Source: Phycisphaerae bacterium (GTDB lineage Bacteria > Planctomycetota > Phycisphaerae > SM23-33). Taken from it: DNA of 32,226 nt. The stretch covers positions 1 through 32,226 of the forward strand of contig JBEKZI010000017.1 of NCBI GenBank assembly GCA_049510055.1. The letters run 5' to 3'. The position numbers and the translations under genes were made by a program. A model generated the notes under the pieces. That model did no database searches and was not told where the DNA came from. It was given only the letters and a program-made list of their open reading frames with translations. Positions 9,474-16,646 of this stretch are shown piece after piece (position 1 is the first letter of the stretch; each line of letters starts with the position of its first letter).

Positions 9474-11615
9474 ATGCGGGATTTCACCCGATCTTTGAAG
9501 TACCTCTGGCCTTACCGGCTGCGGATAGGTCTGGCCCTGCTCTGCACGCTGGGTATCAGCGTGCTGTGGGCCGGCGGACTGGCTGCGATCCTGCCGGCGG
9601 CCAAGGTGCTGATGTCTTCCGAGGGCCTGCACGGCTGGGTGTACAGGCTGGCGGCCTCGGACCGCCTGGGCGTGGACCTGGTCTCGTACTTGCCCCCCGA
9701 GCGCACCCAACTCCAGGGCCAGCAGCTCTCTTGGGTGGTGGCGGTGGGGCAGCCCCATCGTTCGCACCGCAACGCCGGCGCCCTGCTGCCGGGCCAGTGG
9801 GTGGTGGGTCTGGAGGATGGCGACGTCGCTCACCGGTTTCTGCGGGCGGATGCACTGCTGCGGCTGCTGGCGATGCAGCAGCCGGATCGGCGGATCACGC
9901 TTCGCGTATGCCGGTCGGACAGCGACCAGATTACGCTGTTGCCTGTGGTGACAAGCACGTTGACCCTGTCGACCCAAGCGATGCTTTGGCTGACCCGGCG
10001 CTTTCCCGAGCCGCGGACCTTCGCGGACCGCTTCCCGATCCTGTTGACGCTGCTGGTCTTCGGGATCGTCATCAGCATCCTGCGCGACGCCCTGCGGATT
10101 CTTCAGGAATTCCTGTCCAGCTCGGCGGTGTGGTACGCGGTGAATGACATCCGCAACGACAACTACAACGTGGCCCTGCGTCTGCCGGTGGGCTATTACG
10201 CCAAGCACGGGACCGCCGACGCGATCAGCCGTTTCACCTATGACGTGGGTATGCTGGCCCGGGGGCTCATCACGTTGCTGAGCAAGACGCTGGTGGAGCC
10301 CGCCAAGGCGTTGGCGACGCTGGCCCTGGCGCTCATCCTGTCCTGGAAGCTGACCCTGATCGCCCTGATCGCCGGTCCGCCGGCATTCCTGGCCATTCGC
10401 CGGCTGGGGCGGGCGATGCGACGCGTTTCGCGCCAGGCGATGCTGAGCATGTCCCAAATGCTGGAGGTGCTGGAGGAGACGCTCGGCGGCATCCGAGTGG
10501 TCAAGGCCTACACCATGGAGAATCGCGAGCGCCGGCGGTTCCTGCGGGTCAACCACCAGTTGCTCCGCCAGAACCTCAAGGTGTTCTTTGTGGAAGCGTT
10601 GACGGCCCCGATCGTGGAGGCGCTGGGGATCACCGCGGCCATGGCCGCCGTAGCCGTGGCGGGATACTGGGTGCTCCACAATCAGCACGACTTGGACGCC
10701 GAGAAGTTCCTGGCGTTGATGGCGTGCCTGGTGGCGATGTTCGACCCGATTCGCAAGCTCTCGTCCGTTTCGACCGTCTTTCACGCCTCGGACGCCGCCG
10801 CGGCGCGGATCAGGGAACTGCACGATGCGCCGCAGGAAGTCACGTCGCCCGGGGCGCCCAGTCTGCCGCGCCACCGGCGCAGCATCGAGTTCCGCCACGT
10901 CAGTTTCCGCTACGACGGGACGAGCGATGACGCCCTTCGCGACGTCAACCTGACTATCCGGGCCGGCGAGAACGTAGCCATCGTCGGGCCCAACGGTTCG
11001 GGCAAGACCACGCTGGTGTCGATGCTCCCGCGATTGTTGGACCCCACGACCGGCCAGGTGCTCATTGATGGGACGGACATCGCGCGGTGCTCTTTGCGGT
11101 CGTTGCGGCGGCAGATCGGGCTGGTGACGCAGGACGCCGTACTTTTCCACGCCACGATCGAGGAGAACATCTCCTACGGTCTGCACCGTTCGCAGCCCGA
11201 CAAGACCCGCCGCGCGGCCGAGCGGGCCTACGTGGACGAATTCATCCGGAAACTGCCCGAAGGATACGGCACCCTTGTGGGCCCCCATGGAGCGACGCTC
11301 TCGGGCGGGGAGAAGCAGCGGATCAGTATCGCTCGTGCCATCCTGCGCGACCCGGCTATCCTCATCTTTGACGAGGCGATGAGCCAGATCGACTCCGATT
11401 CGGAGCACCGGATTCAGCAAGCGATGCAGGAGTTCTCACGTGGCCGGACGACGCTGATCGTCGCGCACCGCTTTGCGACGGTGCTGGCCGCCGGCCGCAT
11501 TGTGGTGATGCAGGCGGGGCGGATTCAGGACAGCGGCACGCACGACGAGTTGATGAGCCGCTGTGAACTCTATCGACACCTCTACGCCACTCAGTTCATC
11601 GCCACGGGCGGCTAG
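9474..11615 (+). CDS. ABC exporter (fused transmembrane and ATPase domains, MsbA/McjD-like) with a ~150-aa extracytoplasmic insertion between TM1 and TM2
   Basis: It has Walker A GPNGSGKTT, ABC signature LSGGEKQR, Walker B ILIFDEAMS and an H-loop IVAHR. Six hydrophobic helices are present, plus a long hydrophilic loop (residues ~48-190) after TM1. It is convergent with the RiPP operon. The 738-aa minus-strand ORF over it is an antisense artefact. Confidence 0.9.
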   Translation: MRDFTRSLKYLWPYRLRIGLALLCTLGISVLWAGGLAAILPAAKVLMSSEGLHGWVYRLAASDRLGVDLVSYLPPERTQLQGQQLSWVVAVGQPHRSHRNAGALLPGQWVVGLEDGDVAHRFLRADALLRLLAMQQPDRRITLRVCRSDSDQITLLPVVTSTLTLSTQAMLWLTRRFPEPRTFADRFPILLTLLVFGIVISILRDALRILQEFLSSSAVWYAVNDIRNDNYNVALRLPVGYYAKHGTADAISRFTYDVGMLARGLITLLSKTLVEPAKALATLALALILSWKLTLIALIAGPPAFLAIRRLGRAMRRVSRQAMLSMSQMLEVLEETLGGIRVVKAYTMENRERRRFLRVNHQLLRQNLKVFFVEALTAPIVEALGITAAMAAVAVAGYWVLHNQHDLDAEKFLALMACLVAMFDPIRKLSSVSTVFHASDAAAARIRELHDAPQEVTSPGAPSLPRHRRSIEFRHVSFRYDGTSDDALRDVNLTIRAGENVAIVGPNGSGKTTLVSMLPRLLDPTTGQVLIDGTDIARCSLRSLRRQIGLVTQDAVLFHATIEENISYGLHRSQPDKTRRAAERAYVDEFIRKLPEGYGTLVGPHGATLSGGEKQRISIARAILRDPAILIFDEAMSQIDSDSEHRIQQAMQEFSRGRTTLIVAHRFATVLAAGRIVVMQAGRIQDSGTHDELMSRCELYRHLYATQFIATGG

Positions 11616-11715
11616 TGACCTTCGCCTTGCCCATGCCATCCGCCGGCGGCCAATGGCCCTGTGTTTCCGGACTGATGCCCCCGGTCTCTCGGAATGCCGA
11701 TGGGGAACCCCCCCC

Positions 11716-13179
11716 CTACCAGGGCACGCGCAGGGCCCGGAGGGGATGCCGCAGGACGAACCGGGCCAGCTTGCGGCGCATCGCCCGCCGGACGGCGAGA
11801 TCCCCTGACGGGGTATCGCGAAGGTAGGCCCACCGCATCTGCGGTTTGACGGTGTACTTCAGGAACCTCCGGTAGGCGCGGTTGAGCTCCTCATCCGACA
11901 TGGCCGTGAGGTTCACCGACGGGCCCGGCACTTCGAAGTAGGAAAGGCTTCCCCAGGTCAGAGTGCTCCGCTCTTGTGGACTGAGGTCCTGGTAGATCGG
12001 CGTGCCGGGCAGCGGGAAAAGCCGGCCGGCGGCGATGATCTCGGGTCTGGCCTGGCGCAGGAACTTGACGGTCTGGTTCAAATCCCATGCCGTTTCGCCG
12101 GGCAGACCTACCATGATGTCGGCGAAGATGCGCAGGCCCGCCTGGCGGGTCAGCAAGACGGCCCGGCGGTTGAGCTCGGCGGTGGCGTTCTTGCCCAGCC
12201 GGCGCAGCGCGTCGCTTGAACCGCTCTCAAAGCCGTACTCCACCTGGATGCACCCGGCCGATTTCATCTGATTCAGCAGCTCGCTGTCCGCTTGGTCCAC
12301 ACGCAGGCAGGCGTCCCATTGGAGCTGTTGGTGCAGGCCGGCGCGTCGGATCTGCTCGCAGAGCTCCAGCAGCCGCGAACGGTCGGCCCCCAGCGTGTCA
12401 TCCTCAAAGTGGATGGCCTCGACGCCGAACCGCCGGCGAGCAACCTGCATCTGCTCGATGACGTACGGAATGGAATGGAACCGCACGCCGACGCCGGAAA
12501 TCAAGTGCCCGGCGCAGAAGCGGCAGCGATTCGTGCAGCCGCGACTGGTGCGAATGTTGATCGCGGCGAGCTTGAGCCAGCGGATCAGGAATCGCCCTGG
12601 CGAGGTGTAGTAATCCATGCCGAATAGGTCGTAGGCGGGCGGTCCCAGGGTGTCCAGGTCCGTTACCGGCGGGCGGTCGGGCGTGCGGACGATGCCGCCG
12701 GCGGTGCGGAAGGCGATTCCCCGCACCGCTGGGCCGGGCCCGCCCTCGGCCAGCTCTCGCAGGGTGATTTCGCCCTCCCCGATGACGGCGACGTCGATCT
12801 GGGGACACTCCTGGAGCAGATGCTCGGGCAGGGCGGTGGGGTGCGGGCCGCCGGCCACTACCAGCGTCGCCGGGCCGCAGATCGTCTTGGCGTCCTGGGC
12901 CGCGAGTTGCCCTTCGGGCACACCCGGGGTTACCAGGGACAGTCCGACTATTTGCGGCTGGAACTCCTGCATCAATGTCTGCAGACTCGCCCGAGCGGCC
13001 GGCCAGTCAAAGCCGTTGCGCACCAACTGTTCCTCGGCGACGTACACCTTGACCTCATGGCCGCTGCGTCTCAGGACGGTCGCGATGCAGGCGATGCCAG
13101 TGGGCACCCATTGGGATCGAAAGATCCCTCGGGGCCAATCGGAGCGAGGAGGCGCGGGATAGACCAGCAGGATTTTCAT
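11716..13179 (-). CDS. B12-binding (class B) radical SAM enzyme
   Basis: An N-terminal cobalamin-binding Rossmann-like domain (MKILLVYPAPP ...) is followed by a radical SAM CxxxCxxC motif (CTNRCRFC). The start at 13179 forms an ATGA overlap with the upstream stop codon. The track ORF extends to 13281, which is unlikely to be the real start. Confidence 0.8.
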   Translation of the reverse strand: MKILLVYPAPPRSDWPRGIFRSQWVPTGIACIATVLRRSGHEVKVYVAEEQLVRNGFDWPAARASLQTLMQEFQPQIVGLSLVTPGVPEGQLAAQDAKTICGPATLVVAGGPHPTALPEHLLQECPQIDVAVIGEGEITLRELAEGGPGPAVRGIAFRTAGGIVRTPDRPPVTDLDTLGPPAYDLFGMDYYTSPGRFLIRWLKLAAINIRTSRGCTNRCRFCAGHLISGVGVRFHSIPYVIEQMQVARRRFGVEAIHFEDDTLGADRSRLLELCEQIRRAGLHQQLQWDACLRVDQADSELLNQMKSAGCIQVEYGFESGSSDALRRLGKNATAELNRRAVLLTRQAGLRIFADIMVGLPGETAWDLNQTVKFLRQARPEIIAAGRLFPLPGTPIYQDLSPQERSTLTWGSLSYFEVPGPSVNLTAMSDEELNRAYRRFLKYTVKPQMRWAYLRDTPSGDLAVRRAMRRKLARFVLRHPLRALRVPW

Positions 13180-14090
13180 CTGGATTTCAACGTACTCCGG
13201 AACCATTGCCGGCGGAATGAGTCGCGCCGAGCGTGTCCGCGCAGGACGACGCCGCGGCTCAGTGCCAGGCGGCTTAACCAAGGGGGCCGGGACAGGCCCA
13301 GACGCCGCGCTAACTCGCGGCAGCGGCTCTCGCCCAGCAGCTTATAGGCCAGCCACAGGCCCATCGCAACCGCCTTGGCCGCCCCGGTGCGGGCCAGGGC
13401 GTCCTTCAGCCAGGCCTCGTCCAGTCCACCGGCCGCTTGACGAACCGCCAGCGTGAGGTCCACCAGCGGTTGCAGGCGATCGAAACTGTGGCTGGCGGCG
13501 CCGTGGACCGCCGCGATCAGGATCGTCCCGGCCGGGCTGGGATGGGGCAGAGGATCGGCTGGAGTCAGTTGCAGGTCCTCGAAGCTCACCGACACGCCGC
13601 GCCGCAAGGTGGGAGAGTTCACCAGGTTGGTGTGCACCTCCACGTGGCCGGCTGATCGCTGGGGCCGATGCCAGACCTCCTCCCCGTAACCCAGGGGGTG
13701 CTTCATGGCGACGACGACCGGCCGGTATCCCAGGTGCTCCATCCGGGGGCGTGTCGCGGCCAGCGCCGACTGCGGGATCAGCAGGTCCACGTCGGTGAAA
13801 GACCTCAGCGACGGGTGAGGATAGAGGCGATCGGCGAAATCGTAACCCTTCAGGACGATCACCGGCAAAGCAGCTTGGCGGAAGTCCTGGGTGATCTCGT
13901 GAGCCTGCTGCCGCAGCGCCAGGCACAGGCCTGTTCGTTGAAGGATCATGCCTGGGACGGATTCCCACAACGCCTGCGCCTTATCATCCCCGTTCCACAA
14001 CACCTGGCCGCGATCCGCCAGGCGGTGGATGTTGGACGCGACCGCCGGCAACACGCCGTGACGATCCGCCAGATCCAGCAGGAGTTTCAT
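13176..14090 (-). CDS. Nucleotidyltransferase-family protein (PF14907-like uncharacterised nucleotidyltransferase)
   Basis: The motif LKGYDFADRLYPHPSLRSFTDVDLLIP matches the family signature (hG-x-aromatic ... R-x-x-DiDlli). The start is taken at ATG 14090 (MKLLLDL); the track ORF begins at an upstream TTG. Family assignment is from memory of the motif and is moderately certain. Confidence 0.65.
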   Translation of the reverse strand: MKLLLDLADRHGVLPAVASNIHRLADRGQVLWNGDDKAQALWESVPGMILQRTGLCLALRQQAHEITQDFRQAALPVIVLKGYDFADRLYPHPSLRSFTDVDLLIPQSALAATRPRMEHLGYRPVVVAMKHPLGYGEEVWHRPQRSAGHVEVHTNLVNSPTLRRGVSVSFEDLQLTPADPLPHPSPAGTILIAAVHGAASHSFDRLQPLVDLTLAVRQAAGGLDEAWLKDALARTGAAKAVAMGLWLAYKLLGESRCRELARRLGLSRPPWLSRLALSRGVVLRGHARRDSFRRQWFRSTLKSR

Positions 14091-14184
14091 CTGTTCCCCC
14101 CGCAAGGGAGCGACCGTGACCGGTATGTCGCGCCCGAGGGGATCGGCCAGTGCCGCCAGAATGGAATAGATCGGCTTCAGAGGT

Positions 14185-15168
14185 TCACCTCAGCAGCGAC
14201 GTGACCAGCGCCCCAAGCTCTTGGAGGCGAGGGCCAAGGCTCACCTCGTACGTGTCGCTCGTGCGAACCAGCTCAGCCATGGCCGCGAACGCCCGCCCGT
14301 CGCTGCCCTCGCGGTGCTTCTCGTACGCACGCACGTTCTCGTTGACCAATCGGACCAGAGCGCGGGTTTTGTCCAGGGGATGCACCTGATGCTGCCAGGG
14401 ATTGTGGGGATTGAGGAAAAGGATCAGCCCCGCCGAGGCGGCCACGCGGGTGGTCGGCGCCGCGGCCGGCCGCACATCCACCAGCACCTCATCGTTTCCG
14501 ATGTGGCCCCTGTGAGGCAGTCCTGCCAGCCACGGCAGCATCTGAATCGTTTGGCGGTGGACCTTGCAGGGGAAGCGAAGGCCCCAGAGCTGCGCATCGT
14601 GGTGCGGCGTGGCCGGGCTGAAGAACGTGATGTCGTCGGCCAGCAGGCTGAAGCCTTCGCCGGCCAGGCCCAGGGCCGTGGTGGTCTTTCCCCTCCCGCT
14701 GAGGCCGGAGATGAGCACGGCCCGTCGCTGCGGCGGACGATCCAGGAACAGGCTGGCGGCGTGGATGACGTAGTGCCCCTGGTCGTTGAGGATGTCGCAG
14801 AGCCACGGCAGGACGCACGCCTCCAGCAGGCACCTTTCGGCCCCGGGCCGGACGACGAACTCCGCCCGCCCCGCCGACAAGTCCACGTCGGCCGTGGCTT
14901 GGTCGATCACCTCGGTTTGGCGTCTTCGCGGATTGCAGCGGAAGATGATTCGACTTCCGTTAGGCAGCGAACCCCGCCAGAATTCCGGCAGGTCCGTCAG
15001 GGCAGGCAAGTGCTGCGCGTAGCGAATGCGGAGGCAAAACGCCCCGTCGCCCGGCTGGGCGGCATAGGCGCCAATGGCGGCCTGCACGGGGGCGAGCAGC
15101 GCCGGGTCGTCCGCCTCGACGGCGATGCGTTCGCCATGAACGTCGAAATGGGCTTGGACGGAACACAT
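14185..15168 (-). CDS. HPr kinase/phosphorylase C-terminal-domain-like P-loop kinase (HprK-related kinase)
   Basis: P-loop LISGLSGRGKTTTALGLAGEGFSLLADD is typical of the HprK-like kinases found in RiPP and lasso clusters. There is no HPr-binding N-terminal domain. Only one in-frame ATG is available. Confidence 0.75.
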   Translation of the reverse strand: MCSVQAHFDVHGERIAVEADDPALLAPVQAAIGAYAAQPGDGAFCLRIRYAQHLPALTDLPEFWRGSLPNGSRIIFRCNPRRRQTEVIDQATADVDLSAGRAEFVVRPGAERCLLEACVLPWLCDILNDQGHYVIHAASLFLDRPPQRRAVLISGLSGRGKTTTALGLAGEGFSLLADDITFFSPATPHHDAQLWGLRFPCKVHRQTIQMLPWLAGLPHRGHIGNDEVLVDVRPAAAPTTRVAASAGLILFLNPHNPWQHQVHPLDKTRALVRLVNENVRAYEKHREGSDGRAFAAMAELVRTSDTYEVSLGPRLQELGALVTSLLR

Positions 15169-15177
15169 AACGTGGAT

Positions 15178-15216
15178 ACTAAAAGCAAGGAGCAGAATAC
15201 ACTGCCCCTTGCTTTC
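15178..15216 (-). promoter_or_regulatory. Stem-loop plus U-tract between the precursor array and the kinase gene; a possible attenuator or partial terminator
   Basis: The minus-strand RNA reads AAAGCAAGG-GGCAG-uguauu-CUGCU-CCUUGCUUUU. The kinase ATG follows 13 nt later. The structure was read directly from the sequence. Confidence 0.45.
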
Positions 15217-15299
15217 GCCGCCATACGGATTTTTGTGTCAAATGGGTTTAGACCGGTACGCTCCCGTCCGCGGCCGAGCCGGTTGCGACGCCTGAAACG

Positions 15300-15410
15300 C
15301 CCCCCCGTTACATCCGAAAGCTGCTCACGCTTCTGAAACGTTGGCTGAGAAGAGGGCTTCTGGGGCGTTTCTACGCTTTCCCTAACCCGATACCGTGGCG
15401 AAGCCGCACT
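15300..15410 (-). pseudogene. Decayed ninth copy of a type-1 precursor-peptide unit (start codon and Shine-Dalgarno lost)
   Basis: It aligns base-for-base with the functional units (for example CATCCGAAAGCTGCTCACGCTTCTGAAACGTTGGCTGAGAAGAGGGCTTCTGGGGCGTTTCTACGC against TATCCGAGAGCTTTTCACGCTTCTGGAGCGTAGGCGGAGAATAGGGTTTCTTCGTTTGCATGC). TCTACGC replaces TGCATGC at the start, and the SD CTCCTTC is mutated to TTTCCCT. Confidence 0.5.
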
Positions 15411-15416
15411 GTCTAT

Positions 15417-15518
15417 TTAAAAGGGCCCCCCTGAGCCGCGGACCGGGCTTTGAGTCGTATCCGAGAGCTTTTCGCGCTTCTGGAGCGTTGGCGGAGAATA
15501 GGGTTTCTTCGTTTTCAT
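15417..15518 (-). CDS. Precursor peptide A, type 1 (33 aa): MKTKKPYSPPTLQKREKLSDTTQ | SPVRGSGGPF
   Basis: AAGGAGAT Shine-Dalgarno 8 nt before the ATG. The leader carries Y-17, P-14, L-12 and T-2. It is not in the ORF track (under 60 aa). It is one of 8 tandem paralogues. Confidence 0.7.
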   Translation of the reverse strand: MKTKKPYSPPTLQKREKLSDTTQSPVRGSGGPF

Positions 15519-15562
15519 GCGATCTCCTTCAACCGGCACTGTGGCGACGCCGCACTGCCCGC

Positions 15563-15667
15563 TTAACGCCTAGCGCCCGAGGTGATGGAGGGACCGCCTT
15601 GAGTCATATCTGAGAGCTTGTCCCGCTTTTGGAGCGTCGGCGGAGAATAGGGCTTCTTCGTTTTCAT
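15563..15667 (-). CDS. Precursor peptide B, type 1 (34 aa): MKTKKPYSPPTLQKRDKLSDMTQ | GGPSITSGARR
   Basis: Hand-translated from the minus strand. AAAGAGCT Shine-Dalgarno-like sequence. Same leader as peptide A; the core differs. Confidence 0.7.
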   Translation of the reverse strand: MKTKKPYSPPTLQKRDKLSDMTQGGPSITSGARR

Positions 15668-15712
15668 GCGAGCTCTTTCAGCCGGCATCGTGGCGACGCC
15701 GCAGAAGCCTAC

Positions 15713-15826
15713 TTAACCCGTACCATCCCTAGCGCCTGAGGTGATGGGGGGACTACCTTGAGTCATATCTGAGAGCTTGTCCCGCTTCTGGAGCGTAGGC
15801 GGAGAATAGGGCTTCTTCGTTTTCAT
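15713..15826 (-). CDS. Precursor peptide C, type 1 (37 aa): MKTKKPYSPPTLQKRDKLSDMTQ | GSPPITSGARDGTG
   Basis: Hand-translated from the minus strand. Leader identical to peptide B. Core carries the ITSG motif. Confidence 0.7.
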   Translation of the reverse strand: MKTKKPYSPPTLQKRDKLSDMTQGSPPITSGARDGTG

Positions 15827-15871
15827 GCGAGCTCTTTCAGCCGGCACCGTGGCGACGCCGCAGAAGCCTGC

Positions 15872-15985
15872 TTAAGCATTACCATCCCTAGCGCCTGAGG
15901 TGATGGGGGGGTCGCCTTGAGTCATATCTGAAAGCTTGTCCCGCTTCTGGAGCGTAGGTGGAGAATAGGGTTTCTTCGTTTTCAT
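15872..15985 (-). CDS. Precursor peptide D, type 1 (37 aa): MKTKKPYSPPTLQKRDKLSDMTQ | GDPPITSGARDGNA
   Basis: Hand-translated from the minus strand. AAAGGAGAT Shine-Dalgarno. Leader identical to peptides B and C. Confidence 0.7.
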   Translation of the reverse strand: MKTKKPYSPPTLQKRDKLSDMTQGDPPITSGARDGNA

Positions 15986-16030
15986 GCGATCTCCTTTAGC
16001 CAGCACCGTGGCGACGCCGCAGAAGCCTAC

Positions 16031-16141
16031 TTAATCATTAGCATCAACGCCCGAGGTGATGGAGGCCCCGCCTTGAGTCGTATCCGAGAGCTTTTCACGC
16101 TTCTGGAGCGTAGGCGGAGAATAGGGTTTCTTCGTTTGCAT
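16031..16141 (-). CDS. Precursor peptide E, type 1 (36 aa): MQTKKPYSPPTLQKREKLSDTTQ | GGASITSGVDAND
   Basis: It is the internal Met of track ORF 16031..16240. AAGGAGAT Shine-Dalgarno before this ATG. Confidence 0.75.
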   Translation of the reverse strand: MQTKKPYSPPTLQKREKLSDTTQGGASITSGVDAND

Positions 16142-16181
16142 GCAATCTCCTTCAACCGGCACCGTGGCGACGCCGCGTTGG

Positions 16182-16292
16182 TCACGGGGGTGTAGGTGTA
16201 ACCCCGCTGACGCCGTCGGGCACAGCGGTGATGTCGGCAAGCCGCTCCAGCTTCTTCAACACGGGTTTGACATAGGGCTTCTTGGCGTTCAT
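16182..16292 (-). CDS. Precursor peptide F, type 2 (36 aa): MNAKKPYVKPVLKKLERLADITA | VPDGVSGVTPTPP
   Basis: It is the internal Met of track ORF 16182..16364. AAGGAAT Shine-Dalgarno. The type-2 leader carries the same Y-17, P-14, L-12 and T-2 positions. Confidence 0.75.
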   Translation of the reverse strand: MNAKKPYVKPVLKKLERLADITAVPDGVSGVTPTPP

Positions 16293-16305
16293 GCGTATTC
16301 CTTGG

Positions 16306-16416
16306 TCACTCGGGTGTAACCCCGCTGACGACGCCGGGCGTACCCTGAGCGGTGATGTCGGCAAGCCGCTCCAGCTTCTTCAACACGGGTTTGGCATAGG
16401 ACTTCTTGGTGTCCAT
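16306..16416 (-). CDS. Precursor peptide G, type 2 (36 aa): MDTKKSYAKPVLKKLERLADITA | QGTPGVVSGVTPE
   Basis: It is the internal Met of track ORF 16306..16488. AAAGGAAT Shine-Dalgarno. Confidence 0.75.
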   Translation of the reverse strand: MDTKKSYAKPVLKKLERLADITAQGTPGVVSGVTPE

Positions 16417-16429
16417 GCGTATTCCTTTT

Positions 16430-16540
16430 TCAACCGGGTGTAGCCCCACTGACGACGCCGGGCGTGCCCTGAGCGGTGATGTCGGCAAGCCGCTCCAGCT
16501 TCTTCAACACGGGTTTGGCATAAGGCTTCTTGGCGTTCAT
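16430..16540 (-). CDS. Precursor peptide H, type 2 (36 aa): MNAKKPYAKPVLKKLERLADITA | QGTPGVVSGATPG
   Basis: It is the internal Met of track ORF 16430..16663. AAAGGAAT Shine-Dalgarno. It is the first gene of the array after B2. Confidence 0.75.
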   Translation of the reverse strand: MNAKKPYAKPVLKKLERLADITAQGTPGVVSGATPG

Positions 16541-16646
16541 GCGTATTCCTTTCGCGTGCGGTCTGCCAAGCACGGAAATACGACCCGTATGAATGAGCGT
16601 CCACCACGTGTGACTTCGGACGAAGCTGGGCGGAAACTTAACACAG

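Noticed and set aside
9204-11420. 738-aa ORF on the minus strand
   Set aside because: It is antisense to the ABC exporter, which has unambiguous Walker/ABC motifs. Its composition is Arg/Gly/Pro-rich, typical of wrong-strand ORFs in high-GC DNA.
15417-16540. Regular tandem repeats that could be mistaken for a CRISPR array or a non-coding satellite
   Set aside because: The units are 124-158 nt, not 28-37. Each contains a Shine-Dalgarno, an ATG and a 33-37-codon ORF with a conserved N-terminus and variable C-terminus. No cas genes are present.
15417-16540. Classical lasso peptides
   Set aside because: The leaders fit, but no C (cyclase) gene is in the cluster. Most cores lack an Asp/Glu at positions 7-9, and core A has no acidic residue at all.
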